This document shows, one piece after another, positions 10,924-21,027 of a stretch of 64,000 nt of DNA. Below the pieces are notes generated by a model. The model ran no database searches, had not been told where the DNA came from, and saw nothing but the letters and a program-made list of their open reading frames with translations. Every line of letters starts with the position of its first letter. Within the stretch, counting starts at the first letter, position 1. The stretch is taken from positions 46,592 through 110,591 of the forward strand of contig CAKOSZ010000001.1 in the NCBI GenBank assembly GCA_934119955.1, given 5' to 3'. The stretch comes from an uncultured Bacilli bacterium (GTDB taxonomy: Bacteria; Bacillota_I; Bacilli_A; RF39; UBA660). The position numbers and the translations under genes were made by a program.

Positions 10924-11502
10924 CTAAATATCAGTTTTCTTCTCTTCTTTCTTCTCTTCTATTAAAATTTTATCTTCTTTATCCCGACTATCATTATTAA
11001 AGATAAAACCAATAATTTCAATAACAGAATATGCCATAATAACAATACCAATAGTTTGAAATGCCAAATTTGCTTCTAAAATAGTATACAAACCACCTGC
11101 AATTAACAAAATTGATAAACCAAGAGATACAAAAAATCTAGTATCTTTTTTCATATACAAACTACTAACAAATCTTGTTATTCCAATAAATAAGATATAA
11201 CCACCTATTACAAGTCTAACAAGAGCCTCAATTACATTTGCTAAAAAGATAAAAACTAAACCAATAACAATTAAAGTAATTCCCAAAATCATATCCTTAG
11301 ATGACTTTGAATTATCATGTTTAATTTCTACATAGTTCTTAATACAATAATAAACTCCAAACAAAATAATAAGTCCACCCATAACATAAGAAAAAACAAG
11401 AACAATAAATTCTGGTTTAGTATACATAACTGCCCCAAGAATAAAAAATAAAATAGATATTACTAACATCATAACAGAATAATTTTTAAAATACTTTTTC
11501 AT
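10924..11502 (-). CDS. HdeD/DUF308-like integral membrane protein
   Basis: Six predicted TM helices with repeated G-rich helix motifs (GGLIILFG, IGGYILFIG, AGGLYTIL). Confidence 0.45.
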   Translation of the reverse strand: MKKYFKNYSVMMLVISILFFILGAVMYTKPEFIVLVFSYVMGGLIILFGVYYCIKNYVEIKHDNSKSSKDMILGITLIVIGLVFIFLANVIEALVRLVIGGYILFIGITRFVSSLYMKKDTRFFVSLGLSILLIAGGLYTILEANLAFQTIGIVIMAYSVIEIIGFIFNNDSRDKEDKILIEEKKEEKKTDI

Positions 11503-11641
11503 AAAACTTCACCATTTTCAGTATACAATACTTTTTAATTTTTTAAAAGTAATTATAAAAGAAAAATTTATTTATTTTTTTTACTAAAATAGCCAAAATA
11601 ACATTTTTTTATGGTATAATTATTAATAATAGGAGATTATT

Positions 11642-12175
11642 ATGAATGAATTTAATGAACAAAACTTTTTAAACTATATAAAAACAACTAATATTTCATC
11701 AAATGAAATTAATTATTTAAAAAAATTATACAAAGTTTATAAATCACTTAATAAAATAACTGATAACGATATCAATAATAATATAATTAAAATAGCAGAT
11801 TTAGAAAATGAAATTTACACGGTAAATAATAATATTTTATCTCAATTTGATCGTATTAAAATAGAAATTATTAAAATTAAAAATGTTTATAATAAGGCTG
11901 ATCCCCTAACTCAAAGAAATGCTTTTCCTTATATTCGTAAATTGTATAATATTTTAAATAATGATAATTTCTCTTCGAATGAATACTTAGTTTTATATGC
12001 TAAAAAACTAGTTGTTACTATTCAATTAATTTTAAATATAAAAATAAACTTTTATTATGCTAGTTACCAAGTTTTTCTTGAAAAATATCGTAATTTAGAA
12101 TTATCTAATTTAAATAAAATAGAATATAAACCTATTAATAATAAAAGATTAATTAAAAAGGAGTTAAAGAAATGA
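11642..12175 (+). CDS. Hypothetical protein (operon gene 1 of 4)
   Basis: 177 aa, N/K/I-rich, no recognisable motif. AGGAG RBS. Stop overlaps next start (ATGA). Confidence 0.5.
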   Translation: MNEFNEQNFLNYIKTTNISSNEINYLKKLYKVYKSLNKITDNDINNNIIKIADLENEIYTVNNNILSQFDRIKIEIIKIKNVYNKADPLTQRNAFPYIRKLYNILNNDNFSSNEYLVLYAKKLVVTIQLILNIKINFYYASYQVFLEKYRNLELSNLNKIEYKPINNKRLIKKELKK

Positions 12176-13809
12176 ATATAGATAATTTTATAAGACAAAT
12201 AAAAACTAAACTTGATAAAGCTAAAATAGATTTGTTAAAAGAAAAAAATGAATTAGGTAAATTATCTTCTAAATTAATAGAATTTGATAATAATCTAGCA
12301 AATTTAAACTTAGACAATATTCAAGAAATCTTAATTTTATTAGAAAGTAAAGAAGAAGTAATTAAAGATATTCAATTTTTAAATTCTTATAAAGTACTTA
12401 TATCTTTTTTAAAAAATCCTCAAATAGAAAATGAAGGTGTTAAAAAAAATTTATTAGATGAATATAGTAGTTTAAAAGAAAAATTTAAAGTTAAGAAAAC
12501 TGAATTAATTGCTAAACAAAAATTATCTATTGAAAAACTTCAAGATTCAATTCTTGATTATACTAAATTAAAAAATTACTTAGAAAATTTAGATGGTGAT
12601 TATAGTTTAGAAGAAATAGATGAATTCATTGATTTATGTGAATTAATTGATATGAATCTTACTGATAGATTAAAATTAATTACTTATATTGGAAAAATTA
12701 GTCTTAAAGCATTTAAAAAGCGTAAAATAGAAGATAGTATTATTACCAAAGAAAATATTGAAGATATAATAGAACAAACTACTAAAAATGAGAAAAAAGT
12801 TGAAAAAAAATTAGAAATTGAAGATGACAAGGTTCTTGAAACTTTAACTGAGGAAGAAATAAAGACTAAAAAAGAAGAAGAAAGAAAATTTAAAGAAAAA
12901 GAGTTAATTTTAAAAGAATTAAGAAAAACTATTCAAGAAATATTAAAAGAACATAATGATATGTTAACTTACTATTATGATTTAAATGCTGGTAAAGATA
13001 TGTCTAAATCACCAATAAGTGCAAAAGACTATGGTATGTCATCTGGTATTATTCCCTATCTACTTGACTTAAAAAAAATTTTTGAGGATTCTTATGACAG
13101 TGATACTATTGATGATTGTATAGGACTTTCAAATATATCCTTAAAAGAATATAGAGAATATTTAGAAGTTGCTCCAAAGAAAGAAGAAGAAAAATCTAAT
13201 GATAGTGATACCTCACTAGATGATTTTACTAAAAAATCAGCCAATATTATTTTATTTTCTAAAAGTAATGATGAATATCAAATAGATCTTAATTTAAGAA
13301 GAGATGATGAAGATAAAAAAGCATTAAAAGAAAACGAATTAATAAAAGCTGTTAGATGCTTTGCTAATTCTACTTATATAGATGTTATAAGAGTTGGTTC
13401 TAACATTGATTTATTACATAAAGATGTTAAAAATAAATATAGAAAAAATTATGATAATGCCACAAGAGCATTCCGTCTAAGAGCAAGTGATAATTGTAGA
13501 ACTTGTTATGTAGTTGTTGATACTTGTGAAGAAAACATGAAAAAAATCAAGGAATTATATGGTAATAGTAATGTTACAGGTTCTGGAAGAGTTATTCTAA
13601 TATTCTCAGTTATTTGGGTTGATGCTAAACATAATGATGGTTATGATGAGGCTAATGATGATTTAAAAGATAACTTAGATTATATTCTTAAAATAAATAA
13701 ATTATTTAAAGATCCAAATACTAAAAAAGAAACTTTAAAAGAAATAATTGATGAAAGCATGACTAAATCTTTATCTATATTAAATAAAGAAAATAGTCTA
13801 CAAAGATAA
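12172..13809 (+). CDS. Hypothetical protein, 545 aa (operon gene 2); coiled-coil-rich N-half, Cys/Asp-rich C-terminal globular region
   Basis: Long charged K/E repeats. C-terminal CRTCYVVVDTCEE...RVILIFSVIWVDAKHNDG has loose D...D/E-x-K resemblance to PD-(D/E)XK nucleases (speculative). Confidence 0.5.
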   Translation: MNIDNFIRQIKTKLDKAKIDLLKEKNELGKLSSKLIEFDNNLANLNLDNIQEILILLESKEEVIKDIQFLNSYKVLISFLKNPQIENEGVKKNLLDEYSSLKEKFKVKKTELIAKQKLSIEKLQDSILDYTKLKNYLENLDGDYSLEEIDEFIDLCELIDMNLTDRLKLITYIGKISLKAFKKRKIEDSIITKENIEDIIEQTTKNEKKVEKKLEIEDDKVLETLTEEEIKTKKEEERKFKEKELILKELRKTIQEILKEHNDMLTYYYDLNAGKDMSKSPISAKDYGMSSGIIPYLLDLKKIFEDSYDSDTIDDCIGLSNISLKEYREYLEVAPKKEEEKSNDSDTSLDDFTKKSANIILFSKSNDEYQIDLNLRRDDEDKKALKENELIKAVRCFANSTYIDVIRVGSNIDLLHKDVKNKYRKNYDNATRAFRLRASDNCRTCYVVVDTCEENMKKIKELYGNSNVTGSGRVILIFSVIWVDAKHNDGYDEANDDLKDNLDYILKINKLFKDPNTKKETLKEIIDESMTKSLSILNKENSLQR

Positions 13810-13820
13810 GGAGTCTAACT

Positions 13821-15584
13821 ATGTATGATGAAAAAATAAAACAATTAATTAATTCTAGAATAAGTATGTTAGAAAATAAACTTCATAGTATAATTGATAC
13901 TTATCAAGAAAATAAAATAAGACTTGAAAAAATTATCAAAGATTTAAAAGAAATAAAAGAAGATTATACCAAAATTAAAACTTTTGATATAAAGCGTTTA
14001 AATAAAAATGAGCCTATTAATGAACCTATTTTAGACTCTTCACCAAGCATAGCAAATTTATCATTTTTTAGCCTTGCTTTAAATCAAGGTTGGATTTTAG
14101 AAAAAAGTGATATTAAAAAACTTAATTTCTTTGTTTTAGAATTTATTCAAGTATTTGAAAAAGAACTAGTTGAACTTGAAACAAATTATAAAAATAATCA
14201 AAATAGTAATGAAATTAATGATTTAAAAAATCTTCTTATTAAACTAAATAATTATAACTTAGAAGAAACTGATTTTGATTTACTAAAAGAAATATTAAGT
14301 GACAATACTAATTTAAGAGAATCAGTTGAAATTATGAAATATGTAGTACATAAAACTTTAAAAAATGCTTTAATTAATGATGATAGTATTTTACAAGAAA
14401 CTGGACTTGATATTGATAGTTTAAAAGAATTATTAAGTAAATATGATATTGATTTTGAAGAATTAAGACCTATTAGTAAAGAAGAATTACTTAAATATGG
14501 CTCTTTAACTAATATTTCTAATATTCTCTCTCTTTTAAAAGAAAATAACTTATTTAATAAAAATATTTATAATAGATATCAATTACCTATTACAAGAATT
14601 TTAATTTATTCAAATAAAGAATTAGTTGAAAGTATAATTAAATCTTATCAAAAAGCAAATATAAATATTAATTCTTTCTTAGATGAATTTTATAAAAGAC
14701 CTGCTAAGTTCATAAAAAGAAAAAGAAGATGGTATGGAAAAAATAATAAAACTGGTAATAAAAAGGAAAAAACAAGTAATGAAGATGAAATAGGTTCTTA
14801 TGAAGATTTTACCAGCAATATGGATTTATTCACTAGAATTGGAATAGATATAAATGAGGCTTATAAAAAAAGTTCTACTTTATTTGAAAAGGCACATAAT
14901 CATATTTTAATTGGTTACAATAATCTTAATTTATATGGTATAACACCTAATTACTATGCTAATACTTTAACAGTATTTAATACACATAAACAATTAGAAA
15001 CAATAGATATGTTTATAGAACTTGATGCTTATAATTATGTTTTAAATAATATGTCAAGAGTTAATTATACCCCTACTTCACTTATATTTCATAAATTATA
15101 TAGATTGAAAAAACAAGGAATTCCAGTTGCAACTCTTTATAGAAATAAAAAAGGTTCTATTGTTTTACCAATTCAAATTACAGATGAAAAATTAAGTTAT
15201 GATGGATTAAATAAAGATAATATGTTAACTGAAAATGGTATTTTTAAACCAGATAGTATTACTTTTAAAGTATATGATGAAATAATTAACCAAAATGATA
15301 ATAATTTTATTCAAGAAGGTATTTCAGATATTATTCAAAAGTTAGATGATGCTTACTTAGTAGAAAGTGAAGGTATTTTAGAAAATAAATTATATAACAT
15401 TGAAGGTACTATTATATCAAGACTTAAAGTACTTAGATATTTAACTACTTTAATATTTAATGGAATTAGTGAAAACAGTGATATGCTTTTATATGCAATT
15501 ACTAAAAATAGTTTATTAACAAAGGAAGAATTTGATAAAATTAAAACAAGTGTTGATAAATTATTAAATGAAAAAGTGAGGTAA
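13821..15584 (+). CDS. Hypothetical protein, 587 aa (operon gene 3)
   Basis: GGAG RBS 8 nt upstream. No recognisable domain. Confidence 0.5.
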   Translation: MYDEKIKQLINSRISMLENKLHSIIDTYQENKIRLEKIIKDLKEIKEDYTKIKTFDIKRLNKNEPINEPILDSSPSIANLSFFSLALNQGWILEKSDIKKLNFFVLEFIQVFEKELVELETNYKNNQNSNEINDLKNLLIKLNNYNLEETDFDLLKEILSDNTNLRESVEIMKYVVHKTLKNALINDDSILQETGLDIDSLKELLSKYDIDFEELRPISKEELLKYGSLTNISNILSLLKENNLFNKNIYNRYQLPITRILIYSNKELVESIIKSYQKANININSFLDEFYKRPAKFIKRKRRWYGKNNKTGNKKEKTSNEDEIGSYEDFTSNMDLFTRIGIDINEAYKKSSTLFEKAHNHILIGYNNLNLYGITPNYYANTLTVFNTHKQLETIDMFIELDAYNYVLNNMSRVNYTPTSLIFHKLYRLKKQGIPVATLYRNKKGSIVLPIQITDEKLSYDGLNKDNMLTENGIFKPDSITFKVYDEIINQNDNNFIQEGISDIIQKLDDAYLVESEGILENKLYNIEGTIISRLKVLRYLTTLIFNGISENSDMLLYAITKNSLLTKEEFDKIKTSVDKLLNEKVR

Positions 15585-15586
15585 AT

Positions 15587-15820
15587 ATGTTAGATTTTTT
15601 AGATGATTATTTTAATGAAGATGAATTAAAAGAAATAAAAAATAATATTAGAGGTCCTCTTGCATTTGATCTTAATTCAAATCAAGATAGTGTAATAGAA
15701 ATTGTTAAGTATTTAAAATCTTTAAAACTAAATGTATGTACTTTATTAATTACAGATACTGATATTTTCTTTAAAGAAATAGATGAAATAAAAGAATTGT
15801 TTATAGAAGAACTAAATTAA
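15587..15820 (+). CDS. Hypothetical small acidic protein, 77 aa (operon gene 4)
   Basis: GAGG RBS. Begins 2 nt after the gene 3 stop. Confidence 0.45.
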   Translation: MLDFLDDYFNEDELKEIKNNIRGPLAFDLNSNQDSVIEIVKYLKSLKLNVCTLLITDTDIFFKEIDEIKELFIEELN

Positions 15821-15840
15821 CAAGCATTGCTTGTTTTTTT
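15821..15840 (+). terminator. Rho-independent terminator of the 4-gene operon
   Basis: CAAGC-ATT-GCTTG hairpin followed by T7. Confidence 0.55.
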
Positions 15841-15923
15841 ATAACTATAATGATAGAATAAGGTTACTTAAAAAGAGATTATAATAATTTAATTCTAGTT
15901 AATAATAAAAAAGGAGGAAAATT

Positions 15924-15977
15924 ATGTTTGATTTAGTTAGTAAATATACTAAAATAAAACTAAAAAAAATGAAATAG
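15924..15977 (+). pseudogene. Duplicated uvrB 5' fragment (RBS plus first 9 codons MFDLVSKYT, then stop after 17 codons)
   Basis: About 44 nt (AAAGGAGGAAAATTATGTTTGATTTAGTTAGTAAATATAC) are identical to the real uvrB start at 17215-17258. Confidence 0.7.
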
Positions 15978-16046
15978 ATAGATGATTTGTAATTTTTATT
16001 GGTTTTAATTAGTTGGAAACAGGAAATATATATGAAAGGAAGATAA

Positions 16047-17072
16047 ATGAATAGTATAGAAGTTGGAAATGAAAAAAATATTTTATTTTATAGTGATGAA
16101 AATGGTCAAACTAAAATAGAAGTAGTTTTACAAGATGATGATGTTTGGTTAAATGTAAATGCCATAGCAAATCTTTTTAACGTACAAAGACCTGCTATTG
16201 TAAAACATATAAATAATATATATAGTGATGATGAATTAAAGAAAACAGCAACCTGTTCCATTTTGGAACAAGTTCAAGTAGAAGGAACACGAAATGTAAA
16301 AAGACAGAAAGAATATTATAATTTAGATATGATTATTTCTATTGGTTTTAGAGTTAATTCTAAGAAAGCGATTAAATTTAGAAGTTGGGCAAATGAAATA
16401 ATTAAAGATTATATGATTCAAGGTTTCGCACTTGATGATGATAGATTTATGAAAGCAAGAAAATCTGATCAAGAATATTTTAAAAGATTACTAGAAAGAA
16501 TAAAATTAATTCGTACTAGTGAGAGAATGTTTTACCAAAAAATTACAGATATATTTGCAGAATGTTCCATTGACTACGATAAAAATAGCAATATAGCAAA
16601 AGATTTTTATGCAACTGTTCAAAATAAATTTCATTATGCTATTACTGGAAATACCGCAGCAGAAATTATTTACAACAGAGTTGATAGTCAAAAGATGAAT
16701 ATGGGGCTAACTAATTGGAACAAATCTCCTGATGGAAAAATTTTAAAACCAGACGTTTTTGTTGCCAAAAATTATTTGGACGAAAAAGAAATAAAAAAAT
16801 TAAATAATTTGGTAAACTTATTTCTAGATATTGCAGAGAATAACGCCGAAAGAAATTTATCAATGAGTATGAGTGATTGGAAAAATGAAGTTGAAACATC
16901 CTTAAAATTATTTCATTATGATATATTAGAGGGTAAAGGAAAAATTTCTAATGAAACAGCAAAGCAAAAAGCAGAAAAGGAATATGAAAAATACAAAGTT
17001 ATACAAGATAAAAAATTTATTTCTGATTTTGATAAATTATTAATTGAAACAGAAAAAATAGAAAATCATTAA
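16047..17072 (+). CDS. RhuM family virulence protein (DinD-like)
   Basis: N-terminal ENGQTKIEVVLQDDDVWLNVNAIANLF...YYNLDMIISIGFRVNSKKAIKFRSWANEIIKDYMIQGFALDDDRF matches the RhuM family conserved core. Confidence 0.75.
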   Translation: MNSIEVGNEKNILFYSDENGQTKIEVVLQDDDVWLNVNAIANLFNVQRPAIVKHINNIYSDDELKKTATCSILEQVQVEGTRNVKRQKEYYNLDMIISIGFRVNSKKAIKFRSWANEIIKDYMIQGFALDDDRFMKARKSDQEYFKRLLERIKLIRTSERMFYQKITDIFAECSIDYDKNSNIAKDFYATVQNKFHYAITGNTAAEIIYNRVDSQKMNMGLTNWNKSPDGKILKPDVFVAKNYLDEKEIKKLNNLVNLFLDIAENNAERNLSMSMSDWKNEVETSLKLFHYDILEGKGKISNETAKQKAEKEYEKYKVIQDKKFISDFDKLLIETEKIENH

Positions 17073-17229
17073 AAATAATTACATCATTAAATTAATTATG
17101 TATATTAAAAAAAATATTAATTTAAACATAAAAATATAAAAAACATAAACAAATTTATAAATTAATAAATGATAATAATTATTATTCAAAAAGAGAAAAA
17201 GTTACAAAAAATTATAAAGGAGGAAAATT

Positions 17230-19182
17230 ATGTTTGATTTAGTTAGTAAATATACACCTAGTGGAGATCAACCAGAAGCAATTAAAGAATTAGTTGAAGG
17301 AATAAAAGATAATAAAAAACATCAAGTATTACTAGGAGCAACAGGAACTGGTAAAACTTTTACTATTGCTAATGTAATAAAGGAAGTAAATAAACCTACT
17401 TTGGTTCTAGCCCATAATAAAACTTTGGCAGGTCAACTTTATAGTGAATTAAAAGAATTATTTCCAAATAATCGAGTTTGTTATTTTGTTTCATACTATG
17501 ATTATTATCAACCAGAAGCCTACGTTCCATCAAGTGATACTTATATTGAAAAAGATGCTAAAATAAACGATGAAATAGATGAATTAAGACATTATGCAAC
17601 CAGTTCTCTTTTATCAAGAAGAGATGTAATTGTAGTTGCCAGTGTTTCTTGTATATATGGTATTGGAGAAGTTGAGGAATATAAAAATAAAACTTTAACT
17701 TTAAATGTTGGAGATAAAGTCGAAAGAAACGATATCATGGTAAAACTTATTGAAATGTTATACGAAAGATCAGAATTTGATTTTAAAAGAGGTACATTTA
17801 GAGTAAGAGGAGATACACTAGAAATAATTCCTGCTAATGAACATACTCATGGACTTAGAATTGAGTTTTTTGGAGATGAAATAGATAGAATAAGTGAAAT
17901 AGATACTTTAACTGGAAGTATTGTTACTAATAAAAAAAGTATTACTATCTTCCCTGCTAGTCACTTTGTAACAAATGACGAAAAGTTATTAAAAGCAATT
18001 AGTAATATTAAAGAAGAATTAAAAGAAAGACAAAAATATTTTTTAGATAATAATAAGCCTCTTGAAGAAGAAAGAATTAGAGAAAGAACTAATTATGATA
18101 TGGAACTACTTGCTGAAACTGGTTTTTGTCATGGAATAGAAAATTATTCAAGACATCTTGCTTTAAAAAAAGAAGGAGAAACACCTACTTGTTTGCTTGA
18201 TTTCTTTCCCAAAGATTATTTAATGGTAATAGACGAAAGTCATGTTACTATTCCTCAAATAAGAGGTATGTATAATGGAGATAGAGCAAGAAAAATGAAT
18301 TTAGTTGACTTTGGGTTTAGATTACCATCTGCACTTGATAATAGACCTTTAAAGTTTGAAGAATTTGAAGCAAAAGTAAATCAAGTAATATATGTATCAG
18401 CAACCCCAGGAGAATATGAACTTAATTTAACTAATAATAAATATGTTGAACAAATAATAAGACCAACTGGATTATTAGATCCAACCATTGAAATAAGGAA
18501 AACAAATGGGCAAATAGATGATTTAGTTGGAGAAGTAAATGATAGAATTAATAAAAATGAAAGAGTTTTAATTACTACTTTAACTATTAGAATGGCTGAG
18601 GAATTAACTAATTATTTAAAACAATTAGATATAAAAGTTGCTTATTTACATGCAGAGGTTAAAACTCTTGAAAGAATGAAAATTATAAGAGATTTAAGAC
18701 TTGGTAATTATGATGTTTTAGTTGGAATTAATCTTTTAAGAGAAGGACTTGATATACCAGAAGTATCTTTAATTGCTATTTTAGATGCTGATAAGGAAGG
18801 CTTTTTAAGAAGTAGCCGTAGTTTAATTCAAACGATTGGTAGATGTGCAAGAAATGAACATGGTCATGTAATTTTATATGCTGATAAGATGACTGATAGT
18901 ATGGAATATGCTATTAAAGAAACTAAACGAAGAAGAGATATTCAAGAAAAATATAATAAAGAACATGGTATTGTTCCAAAAACTATCGTAAAAGAAATAA
19001 GGGATTTAATATCTAATTTAGATGAAAATAATGATAAAAAGCCTACTAAATTAACTAAGAAAGAAAAACTTCAAACCATTGATAAAATAGAAGCCGAGAT
19101 GAAAGAGGCTGCTAAGGAACTTGATTTTGAAAGAGCAATGGAATTAAGAGATATTTTATTTGAAATGAAAGGTGAACTATGA
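17230..19182 (+). CDS. uvrB: Excinuclease ABC subunit B
   Basis: [10 protein letters not shown] Walker A, helicase motifs, and C-terminal UVR domain ([12 protein letters not shown]). 650 aa. Confidence 0.95.
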   Translation: MFDLVSKYTPSGDQPEAIKELVEGIKDNKKHQVLLGATGTGKTFTIANVIKEVNKPTLVLAHNKTLAGQLYSELKELFPNNRVCYFVSYYDYYQPEAYVPSSDTYIEKDAKINDEIDELRHYATSSLLSRRDVIVVASVSCIYGIGEVEEYKNKTLTLNVGDKVERNDIMVKLIEMLYERSEFDFKRGTFRVRGDTLEIIPANEHTHGLRIEFFGDEIDRISEIDTLTGSIVTNKKSITIFPASHFVTNDEKLLKAISNIKEELKERQKYFLDNNKPLEEERIRERTNYDMELLAETGFCHGIENYSRHLALKKEGETPTCLLDFFPKDYLMVIDESHVTIPQIRGMYNGDRARKMNLVDFGFRLPSALDNRPLKFEEFEAKVNQVIYVSATPGEYELNLTNNKYVEQIIRPTGLLDPTIEIRKTNGQIDDLVGEVNDRINKNERVLITTLTIRMAEELTNYLKQLDIKVAYLHAEVKTLERMKIIRDLRLGNYDVLVGINLLREGLDIPEVSLIAILDADKEGFLRSSRSLIQTIGRCARNEHGHVILYADKMTDSMEYAIKETKRRRDIQEKYNKEHGIVPKTIVKEIRDLISNLDENNDKKPTKLTKKEKLQTIDKIEAEMKEAAKELDFERAMELRDILFEMKGEL

Positions 19183-20018
19183 AATTTAGTAAAATCTATG
19201 TAGAAATTACTAATATTTGTAATTTAAATTGTTCCTTTTGTTCCAAAGATAATTTAAAGAAGAAAGAAATGTCTTTACAAGAATTCGACAAAGTATTATC
19301 AAAAATTAGACAATACACAGATACTATTTATTTACACATTAAAGGAGAACCTCTACTTCACACAAAATTAAAAGAAATCCTTGATTTAACAAGAAAATAT
19401 AAGATTAATGTTAGAATTACAACTAATGGAACTTTACTTAAAGAAAGGCTTAATACTTTACAAAAATACGACAATATTAGACAAATTAATATTTCGCTTC
19501 ATAGTGAAAATAATAAAGTAAACTATTTTGAAGATGTATTTCAAGCAGCCAATATTTTGTCTAAAAATATTCCTATCATTTATCGTATATGGTTACTTGA
19601 TAATTATAACTTAGATATTTTATCCACAATCATTGTGGATAAAATAATTGCTAACTACAATTTAGATAACAGTTTTAAAGAAAAAGTATTAAATAATAAA
19701 AACATTAAAATAACTGACAATATTTATCTTGATAAAGATAATAAATTTAGTTGGCCAGATAATATAGAAAACATTAATAAAGAAATAGGAACTTGTCTTG
19801 GTACAAGAAGTCACATAGGAATACTTGTAGATGGAACAATTATTCCCTGTTGTTTAGATAGTAAAGGATTATTAAAACTTGGTAATATTTTTACTGATAA
19901 TTTAGAAGATATCTTTGAAACAAAAAAGTTTTTAGATATTCATAATGGTTTTTTAAATAATAAATTAACCAATAATCTTTGTAAAAATTGTAGTTTTAGA
20001 GATCTTAAATTTAAATAA
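19179..20018 (+). CDS. Radical SAM domain protein with SPASM-like C-terminal Cys cluster
   Basis: CNLNCSFC (CxxxCxxC) near the N-terminus and C-terminal CCLDS...CKNCSF cysteines. Start overlaps the uvrB stop (ATGA). Confidence 0.65.
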   Translation: MKFSKIYVEITNICNLNCSFCSKDNLKKKEMSLQEFDKVLSKIRQYTDTIYLHIKGEPLLHTKLKEILDLTRKYKINVRITTNGTLLKERLNTLQKYDNIRQINISLHSENNKVNYFEDVFQAANILSKNIPIIYRIWLLDNYNLDILSTIIVDKIIANYNLDNSFKEKVLNNKNIKITDNIYLDKDNKFSWPDNIENINKEIGTCLGTRSHIGILVDGTIIPCCLDSKGLLKLGNIFTDNLEDIFETKKFLDIHNGFLNNKLTNNLCKNCSFRDLKFK

Positions 20019-20022
20019 ATTA

Positions 20023-20046
20023 AAAAGTGCCACCGCACTTTTTTAA
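20023..20046. terminator. Bidirectional rho-independent terminator
   Basis: AAGTGC-CACC-GCACTT hairpin flanked by A-run and T-run. Sits between convergent genes. Confidence 0.65.
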
Positions 20047-20055
20047 ACTATTTTT

Positions 20056-21027
20056 TTAATTATTTAATTCTTTCTTGATGTTTTCTAATTCTTTTTGATT
20101 AAGATTAGTAATTTCCATTATTTCTAAATCACTCATATTTTTATTTAATAAATTTTTAACTATAAGGGTTTGATTTTCTTTTTTTCCTTCTATTTTCCCT
20201 TCAATTATTCCTTCTATTTTTCCTTCAATTATTCCTTCCATTTTTCCTTCAATTATTCCTTCGTTTTTTCCTTCAAGTTTCCCATCAGTTAATCCAGCTA
20301 AATAGTTTTCCTCGGCTCTTAAATTTCTTTCCATATCCTCAGTCATGATTTCCTCCAAATATTTATTATCATTAGATAAATTATATAACTTTTTACTATA
20401 ATAATTTAACTCTTCATATTTAGAAAACTTTTTTAATTTATCTTCTGTATCAACAGTTAGTAATTTATATAATTTATCATAATTATCAAGATTATCATAA
20501 CCTAATTTTTCATAATAATCAAGATTAATGTTAATTATTTTAATAAGATAATCAACATTATATAGTTCTTTTAAGATATCATCCATTGGATAATCATATG
20601 TAATTATTTTTTTAGAAGGAACTTTTTTACTAAGATTTTTAGTTTTATACCAATTAAGATTAACTAGTATTACTTTATAAAAATTTCCTTTATCATAGTA
20701 ATTATCTTTATCAAAATTATAATAATTAGATAAAGTATTCAAGGCATATAAAACATTTCTTAGATAAAAACCTTGATAATTATTATTAAGTTCTATTATT
20801 ATTTTTTGATTTTTATAAACAACTACTAAATCAACATATTTTACTCTTTCATTTTCATTAATTCTTGGTAGTCTAATATTTAAAACACTGACTTTTCCTT
20901 TAATCTCTTTTACATCACATTCAAGTATTTGAGATGAGGCCCATTCTAGTAAACTCATATCATTTTCATTAAATAAATCGTGAAATAACTTATCATATCT
21001 TACTTGTAAAATTTTCTTATTCTTCAT
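20056..21027 (-). CDS. Rpn family recombination-promoting nuclease / PD-(D/E)XK nuclease-family putative transposase (copy 1, with internal GIIEGKxE repeat expansion)
   Basis: N-terminal LFHDLF...ERVKYVDLVV...NQKIIIELNNNY pattern and C-terminal LEGKxEG repeats typical of Rpn/YhgA-like proteins. The first 251 aa are identical to the ORF at 56896. Confidence 0.6.
   Translation of the reverse strand: MKNKKILQVRYDKLFHDLFNENDMSLLEWASSQILECDVKEIKGKVSVLNIRLPRINENERVKYVDLVVVYKNQKIIIELNNNYQGFYLRNVLYALNTLSNYYNFDKDNYYDKGNFYKVILVNLNWYKTKNLSKKVPSKKIITYDYPMDDILKELYNVDYLIKIININLDYYEKLGYDNLDNYDKLYKLLTVDTEDKLKKFSKYEELNYYSKKLYNLSNDNKYLEEIMTEDMERNLRAEENYLAGLTDGKLEGKNEGIIEGKMEGIIEGKIEGIIEGKIEGKKENQTLIVKNLLNKNMSDLEIMEITNLNQKELENIKKELNN
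20197..20292. repeat. Four tandem copies of a 24-bp coding repeat (GIIEGK[MI]E) inside Rpn copy 1
   Basis: TTTTCCTTCAATTATTCCTTC[CT]AT repeated head-to-tail. Absent from copy 2. Confidence 0.7.
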
